Source: an uncultured Mycoplasmatota bacterium (GTDB lineage Bacteria > Bacillota_I > Bacilli_A > RF39 > UBA660). From it: 64,000 bases of DNA. A program made the position numbers and the translations under genes. Of this stretch, positions 62,762-64,000 are shown one piece after another; positions within the stretch are counted from its first letter, which is position 1; every line of letters begins with the position of its first letter. Below the pieces are notes generated by a model, which was given only the letters and a program-made list of their open reading frames with translations, was not told the DNA's origin and ran no database searches. The stretch lies in the NCBI GenBank assembly GCA_900554315.1, contig USGP01000003.1, positions 9,208-73,207 on the forward strand, given 5' to 3'.

Positions 62762-63071
62762 TCAACATTTGCATCGCTTCTTCTTGTTTTGCATCAGTTA
62801 TTTGTGTATTTAAGTTATTAATTATTATATTAGTGTTTGGGATTATATTATTTATAATGTTATCATAAATGTTTTTTTGTTGTTGATACAAATCTGCTAA
62901 TTGATTTTTCACTGGACTTTCTTCATCAATTAGATATGCCTGATTTTGTTTTTCTATTATCTCATTTGTTTTGTTCATTGCTTGACTTAAATAATTTGCT
63001 ACCTCTTGAGCTTTATTTCTGCATCGAATATATTGATTTTTTCTTCCTATTAGAATATCTGATTTTGTCAA
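62754..63071 (-). CDS. small helical T7SS-associated protein
   Basis: 105 aa, Q/N-rich helical. Overlaps the next gene (coupled). Confidence 0.4.
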   Translation of the reverse strand: MTKSDILIGRKNQYIRCRNKAQEVANYLSQAMNKTNEIIEKQNQAYLIDEESPVKNQLADLYQQQKNIYDNIINNIIPNTNIIINNLNTQITDAKQEEAMQMLNE

Positions 63072-63082
63072 TTTAAATCACC

Positions 63083-63337
63083 TCACATTAAAATTAACTT
63101 TGTTCCGTTACGAATATCAGTATGTCTTATTAAGTCATCTACGTTATAGGGTAACCCTGTTATTCCGTTGTATAAACATGCATGCGTACTTTCTTGTGCA
63201 TATCCTCCTGATAGTTCATTTATAACTTTTGTTAATAATATTATTACATTTCCAACTTTTTTATTGCTTGGAATAAATACATCGTATTTTTCTTCTAACA
63301 TTGGTACAATTAATTCAATTAAAATTTTATTATTCAT
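63083..63337 (-). CDS. esaB: EsaB/YukD-like ubiquitin-fold protein (paralog of 21969..22226)
   Basis: MNNKILIELIVPMLEEKYDVFIPSNKKVGNV...IRNGTKLILM aligns with the first YukD-like protein. Confidence 0.7.
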   Translation of the reverse strand: MNNKILIELIVPMLEEKYDVFIPSNKKVGNVIILLTKVINELSGGYAQESTHACLYNGITGLPYNVDDLIRHTDIRNGTKLILM

Positions 63338-64000
63338 TTTGATCCACTCCATCTACAACATATTTCATGGTCATATGTTTACCTTTATAAATTGGATATC
63401 CAATGCAAGGAAATACATTTTGTTTATCTTCTAATGTTAGAGACATTACACCAAGTGCTGTTTGTATTCCAATATCTTCTCCTAACCATATTCCATATGT
63501 GTTGTTAATGTTATCTCGATACCAGCTTTCTAATTGTATTTTCTTATATCCTTCAGAATCATCCAAGAATAAGAATACATTATTTTTACATTTGTTAACT
63601 TCCTTAAATAACGCTTCAAAATAATCTTTATATTTTCCTGAAACTCTTCTTTTGAACTCCGATATACCTAAACAGATATAGACATGTACCTCTTTTAATT
63701 CTTTATCTTTTTGAACATTTTTATATGCCTCCACAAATGCACTTTCCAGGTCTTCTTTATATTCAATAACCCCCTTATATGTACCACGATAAATGCTTAG
63801 TGCATCTATTATATGTATTTTTATATTTTTTAACATCAACATCTGTTTAATTAGAGCATATACAAAATATATGTGATTTTTTAATGTCTTTGCTGCGATT
63901 AAATTTATTTTATTCTCTAAAAAATTGTATACATAAACATCTAGACTGTTTTTTTCTATTCCAATTGGAACACAACTTAATCCCTTTAATTCATGTACTA
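63330..64000 (-). CDS. essC: second EssC-family ATPase paralog, C-terminal ~223 aa only (gene continues beyond the right edge)
   Basis: Hand translation upstream of the tracked Met continues with no stop to the window edge. CVPIGIEKNSLDVYVYNFLE aligns with NIPVGINKETLEISTVNLEE of EssC domain 3, and ESWYRDNINNTYGIWLGEDIGIQ with EAWFKGNTNLSEGIWLGNGISNQ. Confidence 0.7.
   Translation of the reverse strand, partial: VHELKGLSCVPIGIEKNSLDVYVYNFLENKINLIAAKTLKNHIYFVYALIKQMLMLKNIKIHIIDALSIYRGTYKGVIEYKEDLESAFVEAYKNVQKDKELKEVHVYICLGISEFKRRVSGKYKDYFEALFKEVNKCKNNVFLFLDDSEGYKKIQLESWYRDNINNTYGIWLGEDIGIQTALGVMSLTLEDKQNVFPCIGYPIYKGKHMTMKYVVDGVDQNE

Noticed and set aside
1-64000. Alternative genetic code (UGA=Trp, Mollicute-like) given very low GC
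   Set aside because: Long conserved genes (essC 1517 aa, secY, rpoA, the ATPase) are uninterrupted under the standard code. Spo0A and CwlD indicate a sporulating Firmicute.
1-64000. CRISPR arrays, rRNA or tRNA genes
   Set aside because: No regularly spaced direct repeats and no structured RNA gene signatures were seen in any intergenic gap. Gaps are short and are explained by terminators and leaders.

Overview
This is a low-GC Firmicute chromosomal window from a spore-former. Spo0A, a CwlD-like amidase and a SpoIID/LytB-domain protein are all present. Long ORFs are intact under the standard genetic code, with no sign of UGA recoding. The core of the window is a near-complete minus-strand S10-spc-alpha ribosomal superoperon (36.1-50.3 kb): rpsJ through rplQ, including secY, adk, map, infA, rpmJ and rpoA, with no rpmD (L30). 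It is followed, as in Bacillus, by an ecfA-like pair, truA and rplM-rpsI, but that stretch carries several local oddities described below. Two separate T7SSb-like modules are the most system-like content. The first (21.5-26.8 kb) is a complete 1517-aa EssC, an EsaB/YukD and two small proteins, with no EssA/EssB/EsaA nearby. The second starts with the C-terminal part of a divergent EssC paralog running off the right edge, then an EsaB paralog and an array of six ~100-aa helical proteins, at least two with clear WxG motifs and one with a YxG variant. Other content: a P-type Ca-ATPase (partial, left edge), a radical-SAM/FTR-like/thioredoxin-like cluster, a GntR+ABC module, LysM amidase, GH25 lysozyme, CcdA-thioredoxin fusion, CorA, an HtrA gene translationally coupled to an Abi_2-like gene, a Y-family polymerase, and gpmI / spo0A / tpiA / pgk in an unusual arrangement. 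An internally deleted IS3 element lies next to rplQ. Candidate novelties are the paired divergent EssC modules with their small-protein arrays, a doubly degenerate EcfA-like pair without EcfT, a higher-GC two-gene insertion between truA and rplM, and a block of four unknown genes upstream of the S10 operon. No rRNA, tRNA or CRISPR was seen. All calls come from motif and family recognition by eye; none was checked by search.
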